Assembly: GCA_041665365.1 (NCBI GenBank)
Contig: JBAYIY010000003.1
Span: 4,260 to 68,259 of the forward strand
Origin: Patescibacteria group bacterium
Lineage (GTDB): Bacteria; Patescibacteriota; Patescibacteriia; UBA9570
DNA length: 64,000 bases
Direction: 5' to 3'
Positions 1-9,530 of the stretch are shown here, in pieces. Under the pieces are notes generated by a model. It was given only the letters and a program-made list of their open reading frames with translations, did no database searches and had not been told where the DNA came from. Position numbers and translations under genes: made by a program. Every line of letters starts with the position of its first letter. Position 1 is the stretch's first letter.

Positions 1-426
1 AAGTTAAACCCGCAGATTTTAGAAATTCGCCGGAAGAATGTCTTGTTAGTGGATGATAGTATTGTGCGCGGTAATACTTCGCGGGAGATTATTAAAATGT
101 TGCGCGAGGCTGGGGCTAAAAAAGTTTATATGGTATCAGCGGCACCACCGGTTATATCACCGTGTGTGTATGGCGTCGATATGCCCACGCGACAAGAATT
201 AGTGGCTAACCAAGTGGGCGGCAGCATTGAAGCGATTCGTAAATATATTGGGGCAGATTTTTTACTTTATCAAACCATTGCTGATTTAATTGAGGCGGTA
301 AAAATAGACAAAGGTCCGGCGCAAGATTTCTGTACCGCCTGTTGGACCAAACAGTATCCTACCCCAGACGTCACACCAGCGGTGTTACGCAAAATTGAGC
401 AACAACGCTTACGCGATAAATCATGA
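1..426 (+). CDS. purF: Amidophosphoribosyltransferase, C-terminal part (5' truncated by window edge)
   Basis: PRPP-binding motif VLLVDDSIVRGNTS, PCVYGVDMP, FCTACW; frame open from base 1; upstream of purD. Confidence 0.95.
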   Translation, partial: KLNPQILEIRRKNVLLVDDSIVRGNTSREIIKMLREAGAKKVYMVSAAPPVISPCVYGVDMPTRQELVANQVGGSIEAIRKYIGADFLLYQTIADLIEAVKIDKGPAQDFCTACWTKQYPTPDVTPAVLRKIEQQRLRDKS

Positions 427-1745
427 ATATAAATGTTGCCATTATTGGGAGTGGTGCCAGAGAACATGCGCTGGCCTGGAAATTAGCGCAACAACCGGAT
501 GTAATATTATTCAATTTTGGTGCAACTGATAATCCTGGTTTGAAACAACTCTGTCAGGCGGTTATGTTAGGTGATGTTAATGATGTCACGGCGGTGCTGA
601 CTTGGTGCCAAGAACAACATGTCACGATAGTTTGGATTGGGCCAGAGGCACCTTTAGCAAGTGGTCTAGTGAATGCTTTAGAGGCGTTTGGGATTGCCTG
701 TATTGGGCCAACCCAAGAATTAGCTCAACTGGAATCATCCAAAGCCTATACCCGGAAGTTATTGGAAAAATATGATATTAACGCTTCACCGGCTTTTAAA
801 GTATTTACCACATTAGATGGTATTAGTGACTACATGTGGTCGTATCATGATAATGTGGTGATTAAACCGGATGGTTTAACTGGCGGTAAGGGTGTGCGGG
901 TGCTGGGGGAGCAACTTAAAACTCGTGAAGAGGCACTACAATATTGTACAGAATTATTTTCAACTGGCAGTGAGCGAGTTGTTATTGAAGAAAAGCTTGT
1001 GGGGCAAGAATTTTCTTTAATGAGTTTTTGTGATGGAAAACATTTAATCCATATGCCGGCTGTGCAAGATCATAAACGAGCGCAGGTAGGCGACTTAGGT
1101 TCAAACACTGGCGGCATGGGGTCTTATACCGATGTTAATCATAGTCTGCCATTTCTTAATGAACATGATATTAAACTTGCCCAGCAGATTAATGAGAAAA
1201 CAATTCAGGCTATTCAAGAAGATTGCGGCGAAGAATATAAAGGAATTCTGTATGGTGGTTTTATGGCCGTACGCGACGGTGTTCGTTTAATCGAATATAA
1301 TGTACGCTTTGGTGACCCTGAAGTGATGAACTTACTGGCGTTGTTAGATACACCGCTCATTGCTATTACCCAAGCCATTGTTAATCGATCGTTAGATCGA
1401 CTGACGGTAAAATTTTTACCATTAGCGTCAGTGTGTAAATATGTTGTACCAGCCGGGTATCCAGAGCATCCGGTTAAGGATCAATTGATTGATGTGTCGC
1501 GAGTTGATACTAAACAAGTGCAGCTGTTTTATGGAGCGGTCAATACTACCACCCAAGGTTTACAGCTGGCTGGTTCACGCGCGATCGGTTTAGTATCTAC
1601 CGGTACTACTTTGGCTGAAGCTGAGATAAAAGTAGAGCAAGAAATTAAAAAAATTACTGGGCCTGTTTTCCATCGAGCGGATATTGGTACAGCCGCTTTA
1701 GTTTCTAGCCGTGTGCAAATGTTAAAAACCATTCGTTATGCTTAA
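423..1745 (+). CDS. purD: Phosphoribosylamine-glycine ligase
   Basis: IGSGAREHALAWKL, GPEAPL, LESSK, QDHKR, NTGGMG, EYNVRFGDPE. Confidence 0.97.
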   Translation: MNINVAIIGSGAREHALAWKLAQQPDVILFNFGATDNPGLKQLCQAVMLGDVNDVTAVLTWCQEQHVTIVWIGPEAPLASGLVNALEAFGIACIGPTQELAQLESSKAYTRKLLEKYDINASPAFKVFTTLDGISDYMWSYHDNVVIKPDGLTGGKGVRVLGEQLKTREEALQYCTELFSTGSERVVIEEKLVGQEFSLMSFCDGKHLIHMPAVQDHKRAQVGDLGSNTGGMGSYTDVNHSLPFLNEHDIKLAQQINEKTIQAIQEDCGEEYKGILYGGFMAVRDGVRLIEYNVRFGDPEVMNLLALLDTPLIAITQAIVNRSLDRLTVKFLPLASVCKYVVPAGYPEHPVKDQLIDVSRVDTKQVQLFYGAVNTTTQGLQLAGSRAIGLVSTGTTLAEAEIKVEQEIKKITGPVFHRADIGTAALVSSRVQMLKTIRYA

Positions 1746-2280
1746 TATTGCTGTGCTTGGTTCAACCCAAGGCGCCGATCTTCAGGCTTTGCTTGATGCT
1801 AAGGTTAACATTGTGGTGGTGTTATCCAATAAACCGTTAGCCGGTATTTTAGATAAAGCTCGGCAAGCTGGGGTCGAGGCTTTATCGTTTGAGGATAATT
1901 TTGAAGAGCAAGCCTTAGTAGTCTTAAAAAGACGCCAGGTTGATTTGATTTTATTGATTGGTTTCATGAAAATTTTATCACCTAATTTTATAAAACAATT
2001 TGAGCATAAAATATTAAATATTCATCCTTCATTACTACCTAAATATGCCGGTGGTATGAACATGAACATACATGCCGAAGTATTAAAGAATAAAGACGCA
2101 GTCACCGGTTGTACTTTACATTATGTCACAACCGAGGTGGATGCCGGCCCGATCTATGGTCAAGAAGCCGTGCCGGTGCTACCAGATGATACTCCAGAAA
2201 CTCTTAAAGCCCGCGTCCAACAAGCCGAACAGAAATTATTATTACGAGCCATTAATGAATTATCCATCTTACTGGTTTGA
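1738..2280 (+). CDS. purN: Phosphoribosylglycinamide formyltransferase
   Basis: ILNIHPSLLPKY, TGCTLHYVTTEVDAGPI. Confidence 0.95.
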   Translation: MLNIAVLGSTQGADLQALLDAKVNIVVVLSNKPLAGILDKARQAGVEALSFEDNFEEQALVVLKRRQVDLILLIGFMKILSPNFIKQFEHKILNIHPSLLPKYAGGMNMNIHAEVLKNKDAVTGCTLHYVTTEVDAGPIYGQEAVPVLPDDTPETLKARVQQAEQKLLLRAINELSILLV

Positions 2281-4303
2281 AGCCATACCAGATAAATTAC
2301 ACTTTCCAAAATTGACGGGTGATAAAACTGTTGATGTAGTTGTAGTCGGTGGGGGCATGTCCGGTATATTGACCGCCTATCTTTTAACCAAACAAGGCAA
2401 AACTGTTGTTGTGTTGGAACAAAACCATATTGGTACCGGTGATACAGGATTTACCACGGCTTTTTTGAATCGTATTCCAGATACTGACATAGTAAAATTA
2501 ACCACTAAATATGGTATTAATCGGGTGAGAGATATTTATGAAACCTATAGTGCCGCGCAGAAATTATTATTTAAACTCATTCAAGCTGAACAGATCGACT
2601 GTGATTTTATGTCTGCACCGTCACGGCATTATTCTAATATACCAAACAGTGCCGCTTTGCTCGCTGAATGGAATATTGTTAAACAACTTGATCACCAGGC
2701 GGAATGGAAAGATAATAATATACAATTTAATCAAGAAGGCTCATGGCACATTCGTAAATTCATTTTTGCCTTAGCCAAAAAATTACAAATTTACGAACAG
2801 ACAGTTGTTACTGGTATAAAAGTAAATAAAAAAAACGTACTTGTAAATACTAGTGAGGGGGAAGTTACTGCACAGAAAGTTATTGTCACCACAGGTTTAC
2901 CGGCCACACTGACGGAATGGCATCATTTATTTGAAACTAGATTATCCTATGTGATTGCCTTACAGTATGATAAACCTGTCACCTTGGCGGATGGGCAATT
3001 TTGGGACAGTGCTGAGCCGTATCATTATTATCGCAAGGTAAATGAGCGCACCATCATTTTAGGTGGTGCGGATCGATATGGTTGGCAGCCACAACCGGCG
3101 CAGACTCCATATCAGCAGTTAGAAGATTGGGCAAAACAAAACTTATCAGGAAATTTTACTGTCACGCACCGCTGGTCGGGCAGTTTGTTTGAAACTAGTG
3201 ATGGTTTACCATATATTACGCCGCATCCCTATTATCCAAAACAGGTGTGGTTGGCCTGTGGATTTTCTGGAAATGGTATGGTGGGCAGTGCCGTAGCGGC
3301 GCAGCTAATCAGTCAGGAAATAGTGTCGAAGAACTTTACATTGCAACGTACTAAACAAACATTAGCTCGCCTGACCACTTCAAACCCTATGACACAAGGT
3401 TGGTGGAAATGGCCAACCCGGTTATTGTTATTTTTAATTTATGGTGTTGCCTTAATCACTCCGGCGGTAATATTTTATCAAGATCGCGGTGGCTTTGGTT
3501 GGCAGATAAACATTTTTCCCTTGGTTGGTTTGTACGCCTTTACATTGGTGTGGGCACAAATCGTATTGGGAGCGGGGATGTGGGTATGGCGCCGGGTATT
3601 TACTTGGATTGAACCGTATCATCGTGCCGAGGGTGTGGTGGCTTTATTATTTGCTTTACTTCATCCTATTCTAATTCTTTATAGTTATGGTTTATCCAGC
3701 TATTTAGATCGTATACCGTTTCTGTATTTAGGTTATTTTCAGTTAATATTATTATGTAGCACAGTCGGTACAGCCATTTTGATGAAATGGAAAAGACTAA
3801 AACACATTTGGTTATATATTCATCTAGCGAACTATGTTGTATTTACTTCAGTCTGGATTCACAGTTGGTTTATCGGCAGCGATGTACGCTTTAGTAATTT
3901 GAAATATCTCTGGATGTTTTATGCTATAACCGCGCTGGGGGCGGTGGGGTTACGGTTATATAATTATTTCAAACCAGTGAGTGCTCGGGTTAAAACCAGT
4001 GGCTGGGTGCAGGCGGCTAAAATTTCTGCAGTGCTAATGGGGCAACCATATTTAGCTCGCGTTGGTCAATTACAAGTTGCCATATTCAACATCAAAGGTC
4101 AGTATTATGCCATCGATAATGTTTGTAGTCATGCCGGTGGGCCACTTTGCCAAGGCTCATTGAACGGAACGACCATTCAATGTCCTTGGCATGAATCAAA
4201 GTTTGATGTTGTTACCGGCCATGTTGTTACCGGTCCAGCACGACGCGACCAGCGTCGGTTTGCCACAAAAGTAGTGGGAGATAGTATCTATATTAAGTCT
4301 TAG
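2255..4303 (+). CDS. FAD-dependent oxidoreductase (DAO/YhfW-like) fused to a ferric-reductase-like transmembrane domain and a C-terminal Rieske [2Fe-2S] domain
   Basis: SYW start, VVVVGGGMSG FAD motif, TSDGLPYI, GFSGNG; about six TM helices with His pairs; CSHAGG...CPWH; start reassigned to ATG 2255. Confidence 0.8.
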   Translation: MNYPSYWFEAIPDKLHFPKLTGDKTVDVVVVGGGMSGILTAYLLTKQGKTVVVLEQNHIGTGDTGFTTAFLNRIPDTDIVKLTTKYGINRVRDIYETYSAAQKLLFKLIQAEQIDCDFMSAPSRHYSNIPNSAALLAEWNIVKQLDHQAEWKDNNIQFNQEGSWHIRKFIFALAKKLQIYEQTVVTGIKVNKKNVLVNTSEGEVTAQKVIVTTGLPATLTEWHHLFETRLSYVIALQYDKPVTLADGQFWDSAEPYHYYRKVNERTIILGGADRYGWQPQPAQTPYQQLEDWAKQNLSGNFTVTHRWSGSLFETSDGLPYITPHPYYPKQVWLACGFSGNGMVGSAVAAQLISQEIVSKNFTLQRTKQTLARLTTSNPMTQGWWKWPTRLLLFLIYGVALITPAVIFYQDRGGFGWQINIFPLVGLYAFTLVWAQIVLGAGMWVWRRVFTWIEPYHRAEGVVALLFALLHPILILYSYGLSSYLDRIPFLYLGYFQLILLCSTVGTAILMKWKRLKHIWLYIHLANYVVFTSVWIHSWFIGSDVRFSNLKYLWMFYAITALGAVGLRLYNYFKPVSARVKTSGWVQAAKISAVLMGQPYLARVGQLQVAIFNIKGQYYAIDNVCSHAGGPLCQGSLNGTTIQCPWHESKFDVVTGHVVTGPARRDQRRFATKVVGDSIYIKS

Positions 4304-6165
4304 TTCAGCGTACTGAAAGGAACTAATTTAGAATATCTGCCACCCAAATAGGTACCAACAGCGCGCACGTGAACCTTATAGGCAGTGGCGGCGGTGAGGC
4401 CTTTAACGGTGAGTTGGTGTTTGGTTGTGATAACCTGTTTTTTTAGTTTGTTACCATGTTTAATTTGCAACACATAAAGATCGGCTCCGGCAACAGTGCG
4501 CCAACGAATTTGTGCTCCTTTGCTTGTTTCTTTTGAAACTGTCACATGTTTTACTTTGGCTGGAGCAGTCAGAGCAGTACCGCTTGGCGAATAACTAGTC
4601 GTACCAACATCGTTAACATAGACAGCACCAATTAGTTCAGCTTCTTGACCATCCGGATTAATCACATCAACATTTTGAAAACCACCGGATCCACCACTGG
4701 GTAGCAAACCAACTATGGCAGTATCGGTCACGGTTAGATCAATTAATGGTACACCGCCAATGGCTGCGACTGCACCATCCACAAAGCCGGAGCCACTAAT
4801 GGTAATAGTGGTAGCCGTACTATCATCAGCTGTTTCCGGTGACACTGAATAAATAGTTGGAGCTGTATCTGTCGTCACAACTAAGGCATTTGCTACAGTC
4901 GTTTGTTTACCACTGGGTGAAGTAACGCGAATGCCATATGTACCGTTACTTAATGAACTTGGTACAGTGACTTGAATTTCTGTACTGCTCACAACAGCCA
5001 CGGTATCAGCTTCAACAATAGAACGGATGGCAGCACTACTGGATGAACCAGGTATAAACGATACAGTTGAGTTGGCTAAGAAATTATTGCCATATAACCA
5101 AACTAAACCACTTGGTTGCGCAGTGGCTTGGCCGGGTCCACCATAAAAGCTGGCTGTTCCACTGACAGTAGTAGCATCTGGGCAGGTTTGGCCAGCTGGT
5201 AGTTTTACCCAAAGTATATAGTAACCAGCATTCAAGAAGACACCACTGTTAATGCCGGCTGTTCCAGAAGTCACATAATCATCAGACCCAAATGGGGTAA
5301 TGTACCAATCACCAGAACTTTCCACCTGGACTTGTTGAGCACGATATAAATACATTTTAGCCGGTGTCGCTATAGCACCACCACTATCACCACCGCAACT
5401 TTCACTGGCTTGAGCAGTTTGAGAATCGAAAGATGGTTTAACGGAAGCATCATCAGTAATGCGCACATCATCAATCAGCCAGCCGCGAAAACCATTATAT
5501 TTTTCATCCATCGTATCAAAACTGAATTTGAGTTTTATGGTACTACCAACGTACTCCGACAAATCAGCTTGCGTATGAATCCATTGTCCAATTTCACCCA
5601 AACCGCCAGAGCTATATGGTTTAAATGATTCACCATCAACATCATTAATTGGGTTCATACCAACTACTTTAGCCCAAGTGACGCCATCATCGGTCGTAAC
5701 GTAGGTATCCATTAAATCATAACGATCAACATCGACACCTTCTATTTCCCACCAGCTCCAAAAAGTTAAGTCAGCATTAGCAGCTGTTGTTAGATCAATT
5801 GATTGGCTGACTAGTTCTCCAGAATTTGATAGAGCTGACCAGCCACCATTTTTTTCCACTTGATCAGCCAAAGTCCAGTCACCTAAAAATGTGCCATCTG
5901 CACTACTGCCATACCACCAGACATAATCACCCGAATAGGCCGATGGTAAGTAGCCAAAATCAGGCAATGATACCAAAGCTGGGTTAATGTCACTTGAAAT
6001 GGCCACATCATTTGGATTAGCCTGGAGGTGCCATTGGCCAGTACTGGTCCAATTACCCACGCCACTTTCCATATCGTCAAAAAATAATGTCGCGGCACTG
6101 ACTGGTTGTGAGCTTAAGCTAAGAGCCAAGCCACAAATGATACCGAGCAAAAGTCCTTTTTTCAT
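4300..6165 (-). CDS. Secreted protein with a jelly-roll (MAM/immune-inhibitor-A-like) domain, IPT/TIG domains and a C-terminal FN3 domain
   Basis: Signal peptide, FFDDMESG, GWLIDDVRI, PTIYSVSP...ITISGSGF, GLTAATAYKVHVRA. Confidence 0.7.
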   Translation of the reverse strand: MKKGLLLGIICGLALSLSSQPVSAATLFFDDMESGVGNWTSTGQWHLQANPNDVAISSDINPALVSLPDFGYLPSAYSGDYVWWYGSSADGTFLGDWTLADQVEKNGGWSALSNSGELVSQSIDLTTAANADLTFWSWWEIEGVDVDRYDLMDTYVTTDDGVTWAKVVGMNPINDVDGESFKPYSSGGLGEIGQWIHTQADLSEYVGSTIKLKFSFDTMDEKYNGFRGWLIDDVRITDDASVKPSFDSQTAQASESCGGDSGGAIATPAKMYLYRAQQVQVESSGDWYITPFGSDDYVTSGTAGINSGVFLNAGYYILWVKLPAGQTCPDATTVSGTASFYGGPGQATAQPSGLVWLYGNNFLANSTVSFIPGSSSSAAIRSIVEADTVAVVSSTEIQVTVPSSLSNGTYGIRVTSPSGKQTTVANALVVTTDTAPTIYSVSPETADDSTATTITISGSGFVDGAVAAIGGVPLIDLTVTDTAIVGLLPSGGSGGFQNVDVINPDGQEAELIGAVYVNDVGTTSYSPSGTALTAPAKVKHVTVSKETSKGAQIRWRTVAGADLYVLQIKHGNKLKKQVITTKHQLTVKGLTAATAYKVHVRAVGTYLGGRYSKLVPFSTLN

Positions 6166-6257
6166 ATTTTTTCTCCCCCTTAATTTTTAAAAACTTATCT
6201 CTTTACTTCAGTATAGGATAACTTGTTTAATCTGGCTAGTTCCGCTATGCTGGGCAC

Positions 6258-7760
6258 ATGATTAAACGCGCCTTAGTTAGTGTTTCTGATAAAACTGGCA
6301 TTGAAGAATTGGCTCGTGAATTGATCGAATTAGGAGTAGAAATTGTCTCCACTGGTGGTACCGCGAAACGTCTCGCGGACGCTGGCGTGACTGTGCGCAC
6401 CATTGATGATCTGACCGGCTTTCCAGAAATGATGGATGGCCGCGTAAAAACTCTCCACCCCAATGTGCATGGTGGTATTTTAGCGGTGCGGGATAATCCG
6501 GTGCACATGGCTGCGGCGAAAGAACATCATATTGAAATGATAGATTTGGTAGTAGTGAATCTATATCCATTTGAGTCTAAACCTAGTATTGAAAATATTG
6601 ATATCGGTGGGCCAGCCATGGTGCGGTCAGCGGCGAAGAATTATCACGATGTTATCGTAGTAGTTGACCCATTAGATTATTCTATAGTATTAGATGAACT
6701 CAAACAAAATCAAACTGTGTCTGAACAAACTCGTTACTACTTAATGCAAAAAGCCTTTGCGCATACGGGGTACTATGATTCTATGATTGCTAATTACATG
6801 AATCAAACCCGCGTGTTTACGACCGAACTCAGTTTTGGTTATCGTAAAGTGGCCAATTTACGGTACGGCGAAAATCCACATCAAGCCGCTGCGTATTATG
6901 CCGAACCTTTATTTCATGGCAGCAGTATTGTGCAAGCCGATATTTTACAAGGTAAGCAATTATCCTATAACAACATCATGGATGCTGATGCTGCCTTACG
7001 TTTGATCGTTGAATTTCATCAACCCGCCGCAGCGATTATTAAACACACTAATCCGTGTGGTACGGCAGTAGCTGATAATATTACAACCGCTTTTACTAAA
7101 GCTTATGAAACAGACAGCCTATCGGCTTTTGGTGGGGTCGTGGCTTTAAATCGAACGTGTACGGTGGAGATTGCAGAATTATTGAGTAAAGTTTTTGTGG
7201 AAATAATTCTGGCGCCGGATTTTGAAGACAAAGCCGTTGAGGTGATGAATAAAAAACCCAATGTGCGCTTGTTAAAACTAGGTGCTTTAACTCCACCGGA
7301 CGGAACTTGGGAAACGCGCAAAATATTAGGTGGTGCCTTAGTGCAAGACACCGACACAAAAATTATTACTGAGCATAATTTGTCTTTTGTCACTGATAAT
7401 AAACCTACCAAAGAGCAGGTATCAGATTTATTATTTGCTTGGACAGTATGTAAACATGTTAAATCCAATGCGATTGTTCTAGCACAAAATGGGGTAACCT
7501 TAGGAGTAGGCGCCGGTCAGATGTCTCGGATAGAGGCTGTTAATATTGCTTTACAAAAAGCTGGCGATAAAACCCAAGGAGCCGTGCTGGCGTCGGATGC
7601 CTTTTTCCCCTTTAGAGATTCCGTTGATGCTTTAGCCAAAGCCGGAGTTAGTGCCATTATTCAACCGGGTGGTTCAGTGAAAGATCTTGCCGTGATTGAA
7701 GCAGCTAATGAGCATAATATTGCCATGGTATTTACCGGGCACAGAGCCTTTTTACATTAA
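6258..7760 (+). CDS. purH: Bifunctional AICAR formyltransferase/IMP cyclohydrolase
   Basis: RALVSVSDKTG, GRVKTLHP, IDIGGP, LRYGENPHQ, SDAFFPF. Confidence 0.97.
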   Translation: MIKRALVSVSDKTGIEELARELIELGVEIVSTGGTAKRLADAGVTVRTIDDLTGFPEMMDGRVKTLHPNVHGGILAVRDNPVHMAAAKEHHIEMIDLVVVNLYPFESKPSIENIDIGGPAMVRSAAKNYHDVIVVVDPLDYSIVLDELKQNQTVSEQTRYYLMQKAFAHTGYYDSMIANYMNQTRVFTTELSFGYRKVANLRYGENPHQAAAYYAEPLFHGSSIVQADILQGKQLSYNNIMDADAALRLIVEFHQPAAAIIKHTNPCGTAVADNITTAFTKAYETDSLSAFGGVVALNRTCTVEIAELLSKVFVEIILAPDFEDKAVEVMNKKPNVRLLKLGALTPPDGTWETRKILGGALVQDTDTKIITEHNLSFVTDNKPTKEQVSDLLFAWTVCKHVKSNAIVLAQNGVTLGVGAGQMSRIEAVNIALQKAGDKTQGAVLASDAFFPFRDSVDALAKAGVSAIIQPGGSVKDLAVIEAANEHNIAMVFTGHRAFLH

Positions 7761-7761
7761 T

Positions 7762-9513
7762 ATGTCTCACCAATACATTGCCGTTATCGATTTTGGTTCA
7801 CAATTTGCTCATCTGATTGCGCGCCGGATTCGGCAGCATGGCGTGCTAGCGAAAATATTTACACCCGATACAAATCCTACTGAATACGCTGATGCCAAAG
7901 GTATAATTTTATCCGGTGGGCCCAAGAGTACTATTGCGGAAGATGCTGTGCCATATAATCATCGTTTGTTCGATATTAAGGTACCGATTTTAGGTTTATG
8001 TTACGGACATCAATTAATTGCCCTGCATTTTGGTGGTCAAGTGGCCAAAGGTAAAACCAAAGAGTACGGTCAGGCTGATCTAACAATCACTCAGCCCGAT
8101 GTTATTTTTACCAGTCTATCTAAAAAACAAAGAGTTTGGATGAGCCATTGGGATGTAGTTACCCAAGTTCCGGCTGGTTTTACAGTGATTGGTCGAACAG
8201 CAGATTGCGACATGGCCGCCATGGTTAACCCCACCAAAAAAATCTGGAGTTTTCAATACCATCTGGAAGTGCATCACACCACACATGGTTTAAAAATGTT
8301 GGAGAATTTCTTGTTTAAAATTTGTCAGGTGCGCGCCGATTGGAATATAGCGAAGATTGAACAAGAGATTATTAAAGATATTAAAAAAACTATACCAAAC
8401 CATAAACAAGTCTTTGTGTTGTTATCCGGCGGAGTCGATTCGACTGTAACTTTTGCTTTGTTAGAAAAAGCCTTGGGCAAGAAACGGGTTTATGGTTTAC
8501 ATATCGATAATGGTTTTATGCGCTTAAATGAAAGTAAGCAAGTTCTTTTCGCTTTGAAAAAAGCCGGTTTCGGTAATATGCATATGGTGGATGCCTCAGA
8601 GCGGTTTTTGCAATCTGTGGCTGGTATGACTGATCCAGAAAAAAAACGTCAGGCCATTGGTGAAATGTTTATTGAGATTGCCAATGAAGAAATAAAAAAA
8701 ATGTTGTTGTTGGATAATTATATATTGGGTCAAGGTACAATTTATCCAGATACGATCGAATCTGGTGGTACCAAACACGCTGATAAAATTAAAACTCATC
8801 ATAATCAAATAGATTTGATTAAACAAATGATTAAAGATGGGAAAGTAATTGAACCATTACGCAATCTTTATAAAGATGAAGTGCGCGCGATCGGTAAAAG
8901 ACTGGGCATAGCCACGAGTTTATTACAACGTCAACCTTTTCCCGGGCCTGGTTTAGCGATTCGCACATTATGTTCCGATGGTCAGAATCCGGTAGTCGCT
9001 GCCGGGATTTTGCCAATGAAATCAGTGGGCGTACAGGGTGATGAACGATCCTACAAACATCCCGCCATTATTACTAAACCAAAAACTTGGTCGCAACTCA
9101 ATGAATTATCTGTGCGTTTAACCAATGAAGTGTTTCATATTAATCGTGTGCTTTGGCTGGTAGCAGGTAAAAATATCTCACAAGCCAAAATGCATCCCGC
9201 TTATCTAACTAAAGCTAGATTGGATTTATTAAGACAAGCCGATGACATTGTACAACGAGTCATGCGGCAAGATAAACTCACCAAAGATATTTGGCAATTT
9301 CCCGTAGTACTGGTGCCGTTTGGCAGAAATCAGACCGGTGAAACCATAGTTTTACGACCAATTCAATCACAAGAAGCTATGACGGTAAATTTTTACCCCA
9401 TGCCCAGAGCGAGTTTAAAGAAGATAACCAAACAGTTATTAAAACTTCCAAAGGTTGAGTATGTTTGTTATGATGTCACCAATAAACCACCTGCTACCAT
9501 TGAGTGGGAATAA
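7762..9513 (+). CDS. guaA: GMP synthase (glutamine-hydrolysing)
   Basis: IDFGSQF, LGLCYGHQ, SGGVDS, QGTIYPDTIES, PFPGPGLAIR, KPPATIEWE; start at ATG 7762. Confidence 0.96.
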   Translation: MSHQYIAVIDFGSQFAHLIARRIRQHGVLAKIFTPDTNPTEYADAKGIILSGGPKSTIAEDAVPYNHRLFDIKVPILGLCYGHQLIALHFGGQVAKGKTKEYGQADLTITQPDVIFTSLSKKQRVWMSHWDVVTQVPAGFTVIGRTADCDMAAMVNPTKKIWSFQYHLEVHHTTHGLKMLENFLFKICQVRADWNIAKIEQEIIKDIKKTIPNHKQVFVLLSGGVDSTVTFALLEKALGKKRVYGLHIDNGFMRLNESKQVLFALKKAGFGNMHMVDASERFLQSVAGMTDPEKKRQAIGEMFIEIANEEIKKMLLLDNYILGQGTIYPDTIESGGTKHADKIKTHHNQIDLIKQMIKDGKVIEPLRNLYKDEVRAIGKRLGIATSLLQRQPFPGPGLAIRTLCSDGQNPVVAAGILPMKSVGVQGDERSYKHPAIITKPKTWSQLNELSVRLTNEVFHINRVLWLVAGKNISQAKMHPAYLTKARLDLLRQADDIVQRVMRQDKLTKDIWQFPVVLVPFGRNQTGETIVLRPIQSQEAMTVNFYPMPRASLKKITKQLLKLPKVEYVCYDVTNKPPATIEWE

Positions 9514-9530
9514 TTATTAACAAGGGAACT

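Noticed and set aside
2123-2254. Upstream extensions in the ORF track (also at 7696, 13332, 18905, 25344, 33582, 36851, 58238)
   Set aside because: They overlap neighbouring genes, promoters or repeats; downstream ATGs fit family N-termini better
6166-6257. Possible purine or ZTP riboswitch before purH
   Set aside because: No recognisable aptamer, and a -10 box lies only 6 nt from the ATG
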